A DNA stretch of 64,000 bases, taken from positions 11,963 through 75,962 of the forward strand of contig JAAVGE010000011.1 in assembly GCA_014800385.1 (NCBI GenBank). Reading direction: 5' to 3'. This document shows, in pieces, positions 19,476 through 29,184 of the stretch. Within the stretch, counting starts at the first letter, position 1. Each line of letters opens with the position of its first letter. This stretch comes from Bacteroidales bacterium (GTDB lineage: Bacteria; Bacteroidota; Bacteroidia; Bacteroidales; Muribaculaceae). A program made the position numbers and the translations under genes. The notes beneath the pieces were generated by a model that was not told the origin of the DNA, searched no databases, and saw only the letters and a program-made list of their open reading frames with translations.

Positions 19476-20919
19476 ACTTTACAATGGGGTGAAGCGCCGC
19501 CTCGGTGTCATCGGGTCGTGCGACGGGAGTGTTATGAGGTGCGGTTTTTACCATTTCAGGATCGGTAACGGCCTCATCGGCTATCTTGCGCATAACTTCG
19601 ATGAAGGCGTCAAGGGTGTCAACCGATTCTGTTTCGGTAGGCTCTATCATCAGAGACTCATGGAAAAGAAGCGGGAAATAGATGGTCGGGGCATGATAAC
19701 CGTAGTCAAGCAGACGCTTGGCTATGTTCAGTGTGGTCACACCGGTCGACTTGTCAATCAGACCGTCGAACACAAATTCATGTTTGCACACCCCTTCTAT
19801 GGGAAGGAGATACTTATCTTTGAGCGACTCCTTGATATAATTGGCACTCAGGGTGGCCAACGGTCCTACTTTGCTCAGGTTCTCTTTACCCAGCGAGAGG
19901 ATATATGCCAAGGCACGCATCTCTACCCCGAAGTTGCCCAGGTGTGATGATATTTTACCGAGTGATTCCTCTCCGGTAACAAGGGAGAAACTGCCATCTT
20001 CATTCTTCACTACCTTAGGTGAAGGGAGGAACTGCTCCAATCCTTTGCGCACACCAACGGGACCGGCTCCGGGACCACCCCCACCATGAGGTGTGGAGAA
20101 GGTTTTGTGAAGGTTGATATGCATAACATCGAACCCCATATCTCCGGGACGGGCCACACCGAGCATAGGGTTGAGGTTGGCTCCATCGTAATAAAGGAGT
20201 GCCCCTGCCTCGTGTACCAGTCGTGCAATCTCAGGTATGTTCTTTTCAAAAATACCCAATGTGTTGGGGTTGGTCATCATTACGGCAGCCACGGTGTCGT
20301 CAAGCAGCGGACGAAGGTCGTCCACATCAACCGTACCGTCGGGGCGACTCTTTACCTCGACAATCTGCAATCCTGCGACAGCCGCACTCGCCGGATTGGT
20401 GCCATGGGCTGAGTCAGGCACGATTACTTTTACCCTGCCATCATCGCCACGGCTCGCATGATAGGCACGGATTACCATCAGTCCGGTGAGTTCGCCGTGA
20501 GCACCGGCGTAAGGATTGAGGGTAAATTCAGCCATTCCGCCAATCTCGCTGAGTGCACGCTGCAAGTCGTAATACATCTTGAGCGCACCCTGAACAGCCT
20601 CTGCGGGGGTGTCGGGATGAAGATTTTGAAACGACCGGTGTGAGGCCACCTCTTCGTTTATCTTGGGGTTATACTTCATGGTGCAGGAACCCAATGGGTA
20701 AAACCCGGTGTCCACACCGAAGTTATTGTTTGACATGTTGGTGTAGTGACGCACCACTGTCGGTTCATCGACTTCCGGAAGTTCAAGCGGTTGCTGTCGG
20801 AGAACGGTTGCGGGGAGTGCATCCTCCACCGCCGGCAGATGGTTATCGGTTATACAGAAACCGCTGCGTCCGGGTCGGGAGAGTTCAAATATCAGTTTAC
20901 CGTAAAATTCTCTGTTCAT
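19462..20919 (-). CDS. gcvPB: Glycine dehydrogenase (decarboxylating) subunit 2
   Basis: 485 aa. PLP-lysine region HINLHKTFSTPHGGGGPGAGPVG. ATGA overlap with gcvPA. Confidence 0.92.
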   Translation of the reverse strand: MNREFYGKLIFELSRPGRSGFCITDNHLPAVEDALPATVLRQQPLELPEVDEPTVVRHYTNMSNNNFGVDTGFYPLGSCTMKYNPKINEEVASHRSFQNLHPDTPAEAVQGALKMYYDLQRALSEIGGMAEFTLNPYAGAHGELTGLMVIRAYHASRGDDGRVKVIVPDSAHGTNPASAAVAGLQIVEVKSRPDGTVDVDDLRPLLDDTVAAVMMTNPNTLGIFEKNIPEIARLVHEAGALLYYDGANLNPMLGVARPGDMGFDVMHINLHKTFSTPHGGGGPGAGPVGVRKGLEQFLPSPKVVKNEDGSFSLVTGEESLGKISSHLGNFGVEMRALAYILSLGKENLSKVGPLATLSANYIKESLKDKYLLPIEGVCKHEFVFDGLIDKSTGVTTLNIAKRLLDYGYHAPTIYFPLLFHESLMIEPTETESVDTLDAFIEVMRKIADEAVTDPEMVKTAPHNTPVARPDDTEAALHPIVKYERI

Positions 20920-22241
20920 AACGCTTTCACTATTTCGGTTAAACGATCCATATCTTCTTTACTCTGGAGTTCTGTTACAGCCACCGTCATGCGATGTTCG
21001 TCAAGAGCCACACCTGCAAGGATACCCTGTTGCATGGCCACACGTATGATTTCGGCTGCCGGAGCAGTGGTGGTTATGCAGAACTCATTCAGGAACGGTC
21101 TGTCGGGATATGTAAGGACTACCTTTCCGGTGGAGGTGAGTTGACGAGCAAGATAGTGCGCACCGTTCGTGCCCTGAGCATTTATCCGGCGTAATCCTTC
21201 TGCTCCGGTCAACGAGAGGTAAACAGTGACGAAAAGCGCCATGAGACCTTGATTGGAGCATATATTACTTGTGGCTTTTTCACGTCGGATATGCTGTTCG
21301 CGTGCCTGAAGGGTCAGAACAAACACCCGGCGTCCTTCACTATCTTTGGTCTGCCCCACGATTCGACCGGGGAGTTTACGAATCAGAGCGTTGGTGCAGC
21401 ATATAAAGCCGAGATAGGGTCCGCCGAAACTCAACGGCATACCTAATGACTGGGCATCGCCGACAGCAACATCAGCCCCCCATTCGGCAGGCGTTTTCAG
21501 TACGGCAAGGTCCGAGGCGATGCAGTTCATGATCAACAGAGCCTTTGCTCCTTTGCATAGTTCGGCATAACCGGTGTAATCCTCGATAATTCCGTAACGG
21601 TTTCGTTGCGCTACTATCACACCGGCCACATTCCCCTCTGCAAGCATCGTTGCAAGAGCCTCGCGGTCCGTAATCCCCTCTTTCTCCGGAATGATATCAA
21701 TGGTCACGCCATGATATCGGGCATAGGTGGCAACCACATCTGTCACACCCTGACGCATTGTGGCGGAAACAAGCACACGGTTACGTTTACGGGCGTGGGC
21801 AACAGCCATCATCATCGCCTCGGCGGTGGCGGTGGTGCCGTCATACATCGATGCATTTGACACATCCAGTCCGGTCAGCCGGCACATCATGGTCTGATAC
21901 TCAAAGATATACTGCAACGTACCCTGTGAAATCTCAGGCTGATAAGGGGTATAGGCTGTCAGAAACTCCGATCTGCTGATAATGGATGATACCGCTGCCG
22001 GGGTATCATGGTCGTAGAAACCGTTTCCGGCAAAACACACCAACTGACGGTTGGCGGAGCCGAGTTCGTTGAAAAAATCGCGTACCCGTCGCTCGCTCAT
22101 TTCCGATGGGAGGTCATATTCCCCCTTGAAAAGGAGTTCTTCCGGTACGTCGGAATAGAGATCCTCAAGCCGGCTCACTCCGCATCGCGCCAGCATGCGG
22201 TCAATATCAGCCGGTGTATGAGGAAGATAACGATGTGTCAT
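20916..22241 (-). CDS. gcvPA: Glycine dehydrogenase (decarboxylating) subunit 1
   Basis: Start trimmed to the ATG at 22241 (MTHRYLPHTPADIDRMLARCGV), 8 nt after the gcvH stop. 441 aa; contains TAYTPYQPEISQGTLQ. Confidence 0.92.
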   Translation of the reverse strand: MTHRYLPHTPADIDRMLARCGVSRLEDLYSDVPEELLFKGEYDLPSEMSERRVRDFFNELGSANRQLVCFAGNGFYDHDTPAAVSSIISRSEFLTAYTPYQPEISQGTLQYIFEYQTMMCRLTGLDVSNASMYDGTTATAEAMMMAVAHARKRNRVLVSATMRQGVTDVVATYARYHGVTIDIIPEKEGITDREALATMLAEGNVAGVIVAQRNRYGIIEDYTGYAELCKGAKALLIMNCIASDLAVLKTPAEWGADVAVGDAQSLGMPLSFGGPYLGFICCTNALIRKLPGRIVGQTKDSEGRRVFVLTLQAREQHIRREKATSNICSNQGLMALFVTVYLSLTGAEGLRRINAQGTNGAHYLARQLTSTGKVVLTYPDRPFLNEFCITTTAPAAEIIRVAMQQGILAGVALDEHRMTVAVTELQSKEDMDRLTEIVKAL

Positions 22242-22248
22242 AATCGGC

Positions 22249-22623
22249 TCAGTGTTTTTCTTTCTCACATAATTGTTTATATGCCTCCTCATCCATGAGG
22301 TCGTCAAGTTGAGCGGGATCGGTAAGTTCAACCTTGATGATCCAGTTTGCCATGGCATCTTCGTTGACCAGACGAGGGTTATCGATCAGATGTTCGTTGA
22401 TTTCAACAACCGCACCGCTGACGGGAGCAATAAGGTCGCTGGCAGCCTTGACACTTTCAATGGCTCCGAAATCCTCACCTGCCTCAATGTCATCACCTAC
22501 TTCGGGCATGTCAACATAAACGACATTGCCCAGGGCATGCTGTGCATAGTCTGAAATGCCGATATAACCGATGTTGCCGTCTACTTTGATATATTCATGT
22601 GTGGGGGAATAGTAAGTTTTCAT
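22249..22623 (-). CDS. gcvH: Glycine cleavage system H protein
   Basis: 124 aa. Lipoyl-lysine motif GAIESVKAASDLIAPVSG. Confidence 0.92.
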   Translation of the reverse strand: MKTYYSPTHEYIKVDGNIGYIGISDYAQHALGNVVYVDMPEVGDDIEAGEDFGAIESVKAASDLIAPVSGAVVEINEHLIDNPRLVNEDAMANWIIKVELTDPAQLDDLMDEEAYKQLCEKEKH

Positions 22624-22628
22624 GATAT

Positions 22629-23726
22629 TTATTTTTTATAGTTTTTGTTATAGAATTTCTTTTTCACTACTGTTGCGGGGAATGTTTTGCGACGTATCTG
22701 AATCTGCAGGGGCGTATCCAAGGCTGCATACTTTGCATCTACCAGAGCCATGGCTATGCTTTTGTCAACGGATATGGCATGGTAGCCGGTTGTAACCTCT
22801 CCGATCTGTTCTCCTTCCTGATTCAGTACGGCATATCCGTGACGGGGTATAGCACGGTCGTGGAGTTCAAGTCCGACAAGTTTGCGCTTTACACCTTCGG
22901 CTTTTTGAGCGGCAATAGCCTCTTTACCGATAAATTCGGACTTGTCAAGTTTCACGAACATTCCCAATCCGGCCTCAATCGGGGTTATCTCATCGGTTAG
23001 TTCATCACCATACAAAGGGAGTCCGACCTCAAAGCGGAGAGTGTCACGACATCCCAGACCGCATGGTTCAACCTTTCCTGACTCAATCAGTATATCCCAG
23101 ATTTTGCGTGTCGTTTCGTGTGAGCCATAAATTTCAAAACCATCCTCGCCGGTATAGCCTGTGCGACTGATGATGATAGGCTCACCCTGCCATGTCTGCT
23201 GTTCAAAACAATAAAACGGAATCTGTTCACATTTGATGCCGAGAAGTTCGGTGACAAGCGCCTCGGCTTTCGGTCCCTGAATGGCCAGTTCTCCGTAGTA
23301 GTCACTCTGATGATCTACTTTCACATCGAATCCTTCGGCGTTTTTCTCTATCCAGGCTACATCTTTATCAATGTTGGCCGCGTTGATAACCAGGAAAAAA
23401 TCATTTTCGCCACGTTTGTAAACAAGCAGATCATCCACCACGCCTCCACTGGGGTGAAGCATCATGCCGTAAAAGCACTTTCCGGCAGGGGCGCCGGTAA
23501 GGTCATTTGTAAAGATATGATTCACGAATTTTTCCGCATCGGGTCCGGTAACGGCTACTTCGCCCATATGCGATACATCAAACACTCCGCAGGCGGTGCG
23601 TACTGCATTATGTTCTTCAACAATACCTTTATACTGAATAGGCATGTCAAACCCTCCGAAAGGGCTCATCTGCGCACCAAGACCTACATGGCGGTCGTGC
23701 AGACAGGTAACTTTGATATTTTCCAT
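22629..23726 (-). CDS. gcvT: Aminomethyltransferase (glycine cleavage T protein)
   Basis: 365 aa. Motifs: [31 protein letters not shown]. Confidence 0.92.
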   Translation of the reverse strand: MENIKVTCLHDRHVGLGAQMSPFGGFDMPIQYKGIVEEHNAVRTACGVFDVSHMGEVAVTGPDAEKFVNHIFTNDLTGAPAGKCFYGMMLHPSGGVVDDLLVYKRGENDFFLVINAANIDKDVAWIEKNAEGFDVKVDHQSDYYGELAIQGPKAEALVTELLGIKCEQIPFYCFEQQTWQGEPIIISRTGYTGEDGFEIYGSHETTRKIWDILIESGKVEPCGLGCRDTLRFEVGLPLYGDELTDEITPIEAGLGMFVKLDKSEFIGKEAIAAQKAEGVKRKLVGLELHDRAIPRHGYAVLNQEGEQIGEVTTGYHAISVDKSIAMALVDAKYAALDTPLQIQIRRKTFPATVVKKKFYNKNYKK

Positions 23727-23746
23727 GATATGATAGATTTATGTCA

Positions 23747-23754
23747 CAAATTTA
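23747..23754 (-). promoter_or_regulatory. Candidate -7 box (TAAATTTG) for the gcv operon
   Basis: The plus strand reads caaattta, 20 nt upstream of the gcvT ATG, which implies a short leader. Confidence 0.3.
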
Positions 23755-23898
23755 ATAAATCTATTTTTATCACAAAAGAAAAATCAATTTTTTTATCTGT
23801 GGGAGTTCAGAATGGTTCTATTATTGAATCGTCAATCCGGTATTTCTTGCGGCGGAGGGTAATTATGTCGCGCTGCGCAGGGAGTTTCCTATGTTGAT

Positions 23899-24630
23899 TT
23901 ATTTACAAATCTCCGACATAAACTCTGCAAATACCGACCTCAGCACCCCTTTGTCTGATTCGTCAAAATAATAATGTGTGGATTTATTCAAGTAGGTTAC
24001 TTCACATTGTTTCTGATGCAACAGATAACGGTCGGAGCGTGGTGACACACTCTCATCTTTCTCCGATAGGAAAACCTTCACAGGGATTTCAAGCGCATTG
24101 GAAAGTAACATCCGGTCAATGCGACGTATCTCACCGAACAGTTCAAGAAAGCGCGGAATCCAGCCATAGAAATGCAACGGATTATGATCTATTTCCAGGC
24201 CGTAGGCATCTCGTGCAGCAATGATCACGGGATTATTCTTTGACCATCCGAATGTAACCTTAGCACTATTGACAAACATCGGTGTGGTGATGTGCAATTT
24301 CAAAGGGGGACACAGCAGAAACAGTCCGTCTGCCCTACCCTTGAACGCCTCACTCAAGGCAAGCAGGCATCCCATGGAATGACCGGCTATAACTACTTTG
24401 TCGCATTTATCATGCATTCTATCCACAGCCTCGATTACCTGAGATTTCCATCGGTGCATGGAACCTTTTTTTGAGAAGTCAAGCGCACTGCCGCCATGTC
24501 CGTCCAGCACAATCCGATCAACAAGCATATCACGCTCTGTCTCTTCATTCAGAAACATTGAAAACAGACGTGGATTGCCACAGATGCCGTGCACGGCTAC
24601 CACACCGCATCGGTATTGCTTCTTTTTCAT
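23899..24630 (-). CDS. Alpha/beta hydrolase (esterase-like), 243 aa
   Basis: Nucleophile elbow VVIAGHSMGCLLAL. HG-type oxyanion region VVAVHGICGNP. Confidence 0.75.
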   Translation of the reverse strand: MKKKQYRCGVVAVHGICGNPRLFSMFLNEETERDMLVDRIVLDGHGGSALDFSKKGSMHRWKSQVIEAVDRMHDKCDKVVIAGHSMGCLLALSEAFKGRADGLFLLCPPLKLHITTPMFVNSAKVTFGWSKNNPVIIAARDAYGLEIDHNPLHFYGWIPRFLELFGEIRRIDRMLLSNALEIPVKVFLSEKDESVSPRSDRYLLHQKQCEVTYLNKSTHYYFDESDKGVLRSVFAEFMSEICK

Positions 24631-24707
24631 GGGATTGCAGATAGATTATTTAATAAAAGGAAAAGCCGCAAGCATTTGACAATCAAATAACTTGCGGCTT
24701 TTACAAG

Positions 24708-24791
24708 TGTCCGAAATGAGACTCGAACTCACACGACCTAATGGTCACTACCCCCTCAAAGTAGCGCGTCTACCAATTCCGCCATCCGGAC
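24708..24791 (-). tRNA. tRNA-Leu (anticodon GAG), no encoded CCA
   Basis: Cloverleaf folded by hand: acceptor GTCCGGA/TTCGGAC, D-arm GCG-GAATTGGTAGA-CGC, anticodon stem CTACT/GGTAG with loop TTGAGGG, long variable arm TGACCATTAGGTCGT, T-arm GTGAG-TTCGAGT-CTCAT. Confidence 0.9.
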
Positions 24792-24830
24792 AAAAAGTCA
24801 TGCAGTGGTTGTGAAATGACTGGTTATTAG

Positions 24831-24903
24831 AGCGAAAAACGGGACTCGAACCCGCGACCCCAACCTTGGCAAGGTTGTGCTCTACCAACTGAGCTATTTT
24901 CGC
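24831..24903 (-). tRNA. tRNA-Gly (anticodon GCC), no encoded CCA
   Basis: Acceptor GCGAAAA/TTTTCGC, D-arm GCTC-AGTTGGTA-GAGC, anticodon stem CAACC/GGTTG with loop TTGCCAA, T-arm GCGGG-TTCGAGT-CCCGT, discriminator U. Confidence 0.9.
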
Positions 24904-24927
24904 ATTCGCTGTTTTGGTTTTGCGTTG

Positions 24928-24935
24928 CAAAGTTA
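24928..24935 (-). promoter_or_regulatory. Candidate -7 box (TAACTTTG) for the tRNA-Gly/tRNA-Leu transcript
   Basis: The plus strand reads caaagtta, 25 nt upstream of the tRNA-Gly 5' end. Confidence 0.35.
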
Positions 24936-25153
24936 CGGCTTATTTTTGAACTGACCAAATTTTCCGGAGACTTTTTTCAAACTTTTTTACATCATCATCC
25001 GTAACAACACATATTTCAAACAGTTACCCCGCAGAATAAAATCTCCTTCTACATCTTTTTTTGACAGCAGAACAGAAGAAACAGGAGTAGGAGTACGTGG
25101 ACGTGCCGACAGAGGCACCGATTCACACACGTTTTTTTAGAAAGGTATAAAGG

Positions 25154-25344
25154 AGGGTGTGTCAAAATAGGCACAACCTCGCCATATTCAGGATTATGCG
25201 GCTGCTCCATAGAGCAGCCCTACAGGGTTAATACACTGATTGTCAAGATGGTAGGGATGCTCCCTGGAGCATCCGCCGAATATACATCACTATCCATAAA
25301 CGTACAAAACATAAAAAATACAGGTTCAATTTTTGACACAGCCC
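25154..25344 (-). repeat. MITE/REP-like palindromic intergenic repeat, copy B (inverted relative to copy A)
   Basis: Its reverse complement aligns with copy A across both TIRs (GGGCTGTGTCAAAAATTG ... CCTATTTTGACACACCC) and both internal palindromes. The second palindrome carries one substitution (GGCTGCTCTATGGAGCAGCC). Confidence 0.8.
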
Positions 25345-25437
25345 TATGGGCGCGCCGGCAGTTTTGCCGATTGAAAAAGAAAACCGGGACACGATTATTC
25401 GCATCCCGATTCACTTTTATTCTAAACAGTAACAAAA

Positions 25438-26625
25438 TTATTCAATTATGCCGTGAGCACGGAAAACTTTCTGAATTTTTTCAAGTGCGGTTGTAACCTG
25501 ATCCTTGGTGTGGGTGGCCATCAGAGAGAAACGGATCAGTGTATCCTGGGGAGCAACTGCGGGTGACACCACGGGGTTTACGAATATGCCTTCTTCAAGT
25601 AGGTCGCGGGTGATGGCAAATGTCTTGAAGTTATCACGAACGAACAAGGGGATGATGGGGGTTGATGTATTACCGATTTCCACACCCATGTTGCGGAATC
25701 CTTCAAGAGCATAGTTGGTCAGTTCCCAGAGGCGATCCTGTCGTTCAGGTTCGGTCTGCATGATTTCAAGTGCCTTCAGTGCTGCTGCAGTCGATGCCGG
25801 AGTGATGGAGGCAGTGAAGATATATGAACGTGAGTGGTGACGCAGGTAGTTGGTGATTTCTTTGTCGGTAGCAATAAATCCGCCGAGTGAGGCAAACGAT
25901 TTGGAGAATGTTCCCATAATAAGGTCAACATCTTTTGCCACACCTTGTGCATGACATACGCCACGACCACCTTCGCCGAATACGCCTATACCGTGTGCCT
26001 CATCGATCATTACCGCTGCATTATATTGCTTGGCAAGTTCGGTGATGCGCTTAACGTCGGCAACATCGCCTTCCATTGAGAACACACTGTCAGAAACAAT
26101 CAGTTTCAAACGATCAGGGTCACACTGTTTCAGTTTCTGCTCCAGTGATTCCATATCGTTATGGCGATATTTGAGCGATTTTGAGAATGATGCACGCATA
26201 CCTTCAATGATTGAGGCATGATCCTGCTCATCCCACAGGATGTAATCCTTAGGACCGGTCAGACATGAAACCACACCGAGGTTCACTTCAAAACCGGTGG
26301 AGTAGATCATCACATCTTCTTTACCTATATATTCCGCTATTGCGGCCTCGAGTTTTTTATGGAGGTCAAGCGTTCCGTTGAGGAAAGGTGAGCCGGCACA
26401 TCCGGTACCATATTTTTTTGTTGCCTCAATAGCAGCCTCCTTGATACGCGGGTCATTAACAAGACCGGTGTAGCAGTTCGAGCCGAACATCAGAACCTTC
26501 TGTCCGTTGATGATGACCTCGGGATCCTGTTCGCTTGAGATTGCGCGGAAGTAGGGATATATACCGGCTGCCTTGGCTTCCTGTGGAACTGTGTATTGGG
26601 CAAGTTTTGCTTGCAGTAGTTTCAT
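25438..26625 (-). CDS. spt: Alpha-oxoamine synthase family PLP enzyme, most likely serine palmitoyltransferase (sphingolipid synthesis)
   Basis: 395 aa. The N-terminus MKLLQAKLAQYTVPQEAKAAGIYPYFRAISSEQDPEVIINGQKVLMFGSNCYTGL resembles Bacteroides SPT as I recall it. PLP-lysine motif: GTFSKSFASLGGF. BioF or Kbl cannot be excluded without phylogeny. Confidence 0.75.
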   Translation of the reverse strand: MKLLQAKLAQYTVPQEAKAAGIYPYFRAISSEQDPEVIINGQKVLMFGSNCYTGLVNDPRIKEAAIEATKKYGTGCAGSPFLNGTLDLHKKLEAAIAEYIGKEDVMIYSTGFEVNLGVVSCLTGPKDYILWDEQDHASIIEGMRASFSKSLKYRHNDMESLEQKLKQCDPDRLKLIVSDSVFSMEGDVADVKRITELAKQYNAAVMIDEAHGIGVFGEGGRGVCHAQGVAKDVDLIMGTFSKSFASLGGFIATDKEITNYLRHHSRSYIFTASITPASTAAALKALEIMQTEPERQDRLWELTNYALEGFRNMGVEIGNTSTPIIPLFVRDNFKTFAITRDLLEEGIFVNPVVSPAVAPQDTLIRFSLMATHTKDQVTTALEKIQKVFRAHGIIE

Positions 26626-26804
26626 TTTATGCTGTTTGTTAGTTTAATGATGCTACCTATATTCAGGGATGGGAATACAAAAGTAAGGGCTTCCGAGAAT
26701 ATAGGCTGCAAAATTACTAAATTCTGAGCAATTTTCGGTTCTGTTTTGACATTTTTTTGAGGTCTCGGACATCAAAATCAAGGTCAAAAGGTGTTAAAAT
26801 TTGT

Positions 26805-28889
26805 TTAGAGGGGTAATGTGAGTATGAAACGCGCCCCGTCGATGTAGTTTGTGTCGAGCGTCACCGTTCCATCCAGGCGCTTGGCTATCATCTGGCTCAG
26901 ATACAGCCCCAGACCGGTTCCGGAATGATGTTCACCTTTCGGAGCCTGCTTGAACAACGTTTTCTGTTGTTCTTTCGACACTCCGCAGCCTGTGTCAGTT
27001 ACAATGAACTTAATCGTGCCATGCTGCTTGTCTGCCTCATAGGTGAGCGTGATTTCTCCGGCATGTGTGAAACGAACGGAATTCTTGAGCAGGTTGATAA
27101 GAATCTGCTCCACGCGCTGCGGATCAGTTACAAACGACACTCGTTCAGCAGGTTGGATAAATTTCATTTCCACACCCGAGTGAGTGGTCTGGCGGAGGGT
27201 TTCAACAACCATGTCACACAACTCCGTCACATCGGTCATTTTACGTGACACCGTGATCTCTTCCCCATCGAGAAGTGATATGTCAAGTATGTCGCGCGAG
27301 ATGGCTTCGAGCAGTTCTACGTTGTGCGATATAATTTGTGAGAAATGATCCAGATATGGTTTGCGTTCATCATCCACTGAATCCACAATGATTTTGGTGA
27401 AATCAGATATGGCTGTGAGGGGGGTACGCATTTCGTGACCCAGGGAGTTGATGAGGTCTGACTTCTGCAGGTTCGCCTTGGTAAGTTCGTTGCGTGAGCG
27501 CATGAGGTCGTCATAGTGTCGCTGAGAAACGGTGCGTTCATGTTCGAGCGATTCTTTGGCATGAATGGCGCTTACCGACATCTGTTTTGCACGAACATAC
27601 AGCAGGAAGGTGACGATGGTAATTATAATCACTATAACCAGGGCGACTATCGAGATTATCAGTATTGTTTCGTGCGCCTCCAACTGTGTCTGACGATTCT
27701 TTATTTCAAGTTCCTGATTTGATTCGCGTATCTTCTGAAGGTCATATATAACCTGCAGTTCACGAAGTCGTTCTTCCGACTTGAACTGTATCTGCTGCTG
27801 CAGTTTCTTATTGTTTTCACGCAAGGCGAATAACTGCAGTTCCTTATCGTTTGTATATTCGGCTGCAATATTGAGTTGGTCAAGCAGGAAGTTCCGGTAG
27901 AAAGCATCGTTTCCGATTGAATCGAGCGATTTCATGATCAGCGGTGCAGCCTCGGAATATTTTTTGTGAGCCATCATGTGGGCGATATTGAGCAACTGAT
28001 ATTTCTCAAGCATTGCCTTGCAGTCGGGGTCAATCTTTGTTATTGCAATCGCCTTGTTGTAGACGGAATCTACCTCGGCGATATCCATGGCGGGGTAGTT
28101 GAGCAACAGTCGGCGATACATTCCGTAGCGTTCGCGGTTGAATTTCCTGTATATGCGTCCTTTCGCCTTGTAATCTTCCTGAAGGTCGTCTGTTATTTTG
28201 AGCACCTCACGGGCAGCGTTGGCTGCTTTTTCATGGTTACCGATGTTGGTATACATGATAGTGGCGTAGGAATAGAACTGACCTCTGATGGGGGAGATGG
28301 TGTTGGGCGTGTTGCTGATGAGTTGCTCCAGTTCGTCGGTGTACTTGACAAGGAGATCACCCTCGGCGGTATTGCTCAGATATGCGCATAATGAAAACAG
28401 CAGCAGTATCCGCTCATCGGTTGAATAGTGTTCCTTGTTGGTGTATTCATGCAAAACCTCACGCAATCTGACCTGACGCTCTGCCTCTGATGCTGACAGG
28501 GCATTTCTGCGGATGCGTATGATATTGATATACATCAATGTCTGATGCTGGTCAATCGACGCGGGGAGTTCGGCAGTCTTTGAGCGCAGAACCTGGAGTA
28601 TGGAGTCATTTCCTGAATTAGTGTTGGCCAGATGGCGGAGCACATCAAGCCGGGTTGCCATATCGCCTGCTTTTTCAGCAGTGCGGTAAATAGACTCAAG
28701 TATGGCGGTTTGCTCCTTGCGGTTTGAAATATCGTAAAGATTGTAGAGCGCCAGGATTGAATCTTCAGGGGTTGCGGCACTCGCCAATTTGGCTTTCAAT
28801 TCCTCTTTTATTGCAGCAGAATCCGCCGCCGAAACAGATGTTACAGCGCAGAAAAGCACAAGTATAAGAAGTAATCCTTTGAGCCTCAT
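26805..28889 (-). CDS. Sensor histidine kinase with a periplasmic TPR-like domain (no response regulator gene nearby)
   Basis: Signal peptide, about 400 aa of helical repeat region, coiled coil, TM helix (ILIISIVALVIVIIITIVTFLLYV), H-box LGHEMRTPLTAI, N-box LINLLKNSVRFT, G-box GTGLGLYLS. Confidence 0.85.
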   Translation of the reverse strand: MRLKGLLLILVLFCAVTSVSAADSAAIKEELKAKLASAATPEDSILALYNLYDISNRKEQTAILESIYRTAEKAGDMATRLDVLRHLANTNSGNDSILQVLRSKTAELPASIDQHQTLMYINIIRIRRNALSASEAERQVRLREVLHEYTNKEHYSTDERILLLFSLCAYLSNTAEGDLLVKYTDELEQLISNTPNTISPIRGQFYSYATIMYTNIGNHEKAANAAREVLKITDDLQEDYKAKGRIYRKFNRERYGMYRRLLLNYPAMDIAEVDSVYNKAIAITKIDPDCKAMLEKYQLLNIAHMMAHKKYSEAAPLIMKSLDSIGNDAFYRNFLLDQLNIAAEYTNDKELQLFALRENNKKLQQQIQFKSEERLRELQVIYDLQKIRESNQELEIKNRQTQLEAHETILIISIVALVIVIIITIVTFLLYVRAKQMSVSAIHAKESLEHERTVSQRHYDDLMRSRNELTKANLQKSDLINSLGHEMRTPLTAISDFTKIIVDSVDDERKPYLDHFSQIISHNVELLEAISRDILDISLLDGEEITVSRKMTDVTELCDMVVETLRQTTHSGVEMKFIQPAERVSFVTDPQRVEQILINLLKNSVRFTHAGEITLTYEADKQHGTIKFIVTDTGCGVSKEQQKTLFKQAPKGEHHSGTGLGLYLSQMIAKRLDGTVTLDTNYIDGARFILTLPL

Positions 28890-29184
28890 AATTTTGCGAT
28901 TGATTTATGTTGCAAAATTAATAAAATATTTTTAATACCGCTACAGTTTTGAAATATTTTTTTTACAATATCCCTCATTTTTAATTTAATGTGAGTACAG
29001 ATATGGTAAAATCCTGCTTATTAATCGGTTTCTGCGGCGTTTGTTCAAGTACAAAATAATGCAATAAGTATCGCTCTCTTAAACAATTAGTTCCATCTTT
29101 AGGCCATGTTCTGCTACATAGCGCTGAGATGGAACATGTATGATTTAATGCAGATAGGCACTCCCCTACCCTACATTAATCGAA

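Noticed and set aside
23727-23898. Expected glycine riboswitch upstream of gcvT
   Set aside because: I read the minus-strand leader and found none of the hallmark GGAGAG ... ACCGAAGGGGCAA-type aptamer cores. The region is AT-rich and the candidate -7 box is only 20 nt from the ATG. A covariance-model scan would be the definitive test.
24748-24930. 60-aa ORF on the minus strand
   Set aside because: It is fully explained by the tRNA-Leu(GAG) and tRNA-Gly(GCC) genes it overlaps.
24941-25138. Possible plus-strand sRNA divergent from the tRNA genes: a TATTTTTG box at 24941-24948 and a T7 run at 25132-25138 preceded by ACGTG/CACGT and GTGCC/GGCAC pairings
   Set aside because: The stems are only 5 bp with a large loop, so this is not a convincing intrinsic terminator. 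The box motif is expected by chance in AT-rich DNA. Nothing can be concluded without expression data.
25220-25496. Small ORFs inside the repeat copies: 25220-25435 and 25248-25496, and likewise 61956-62222 and 62041-62274
   Set aside because: The conservation between copies is at the DNA level, occurs in both orientations, and centres on palindromes and TIRs. The reading frames are not consistently maintained and there are no start or RBS contexts.
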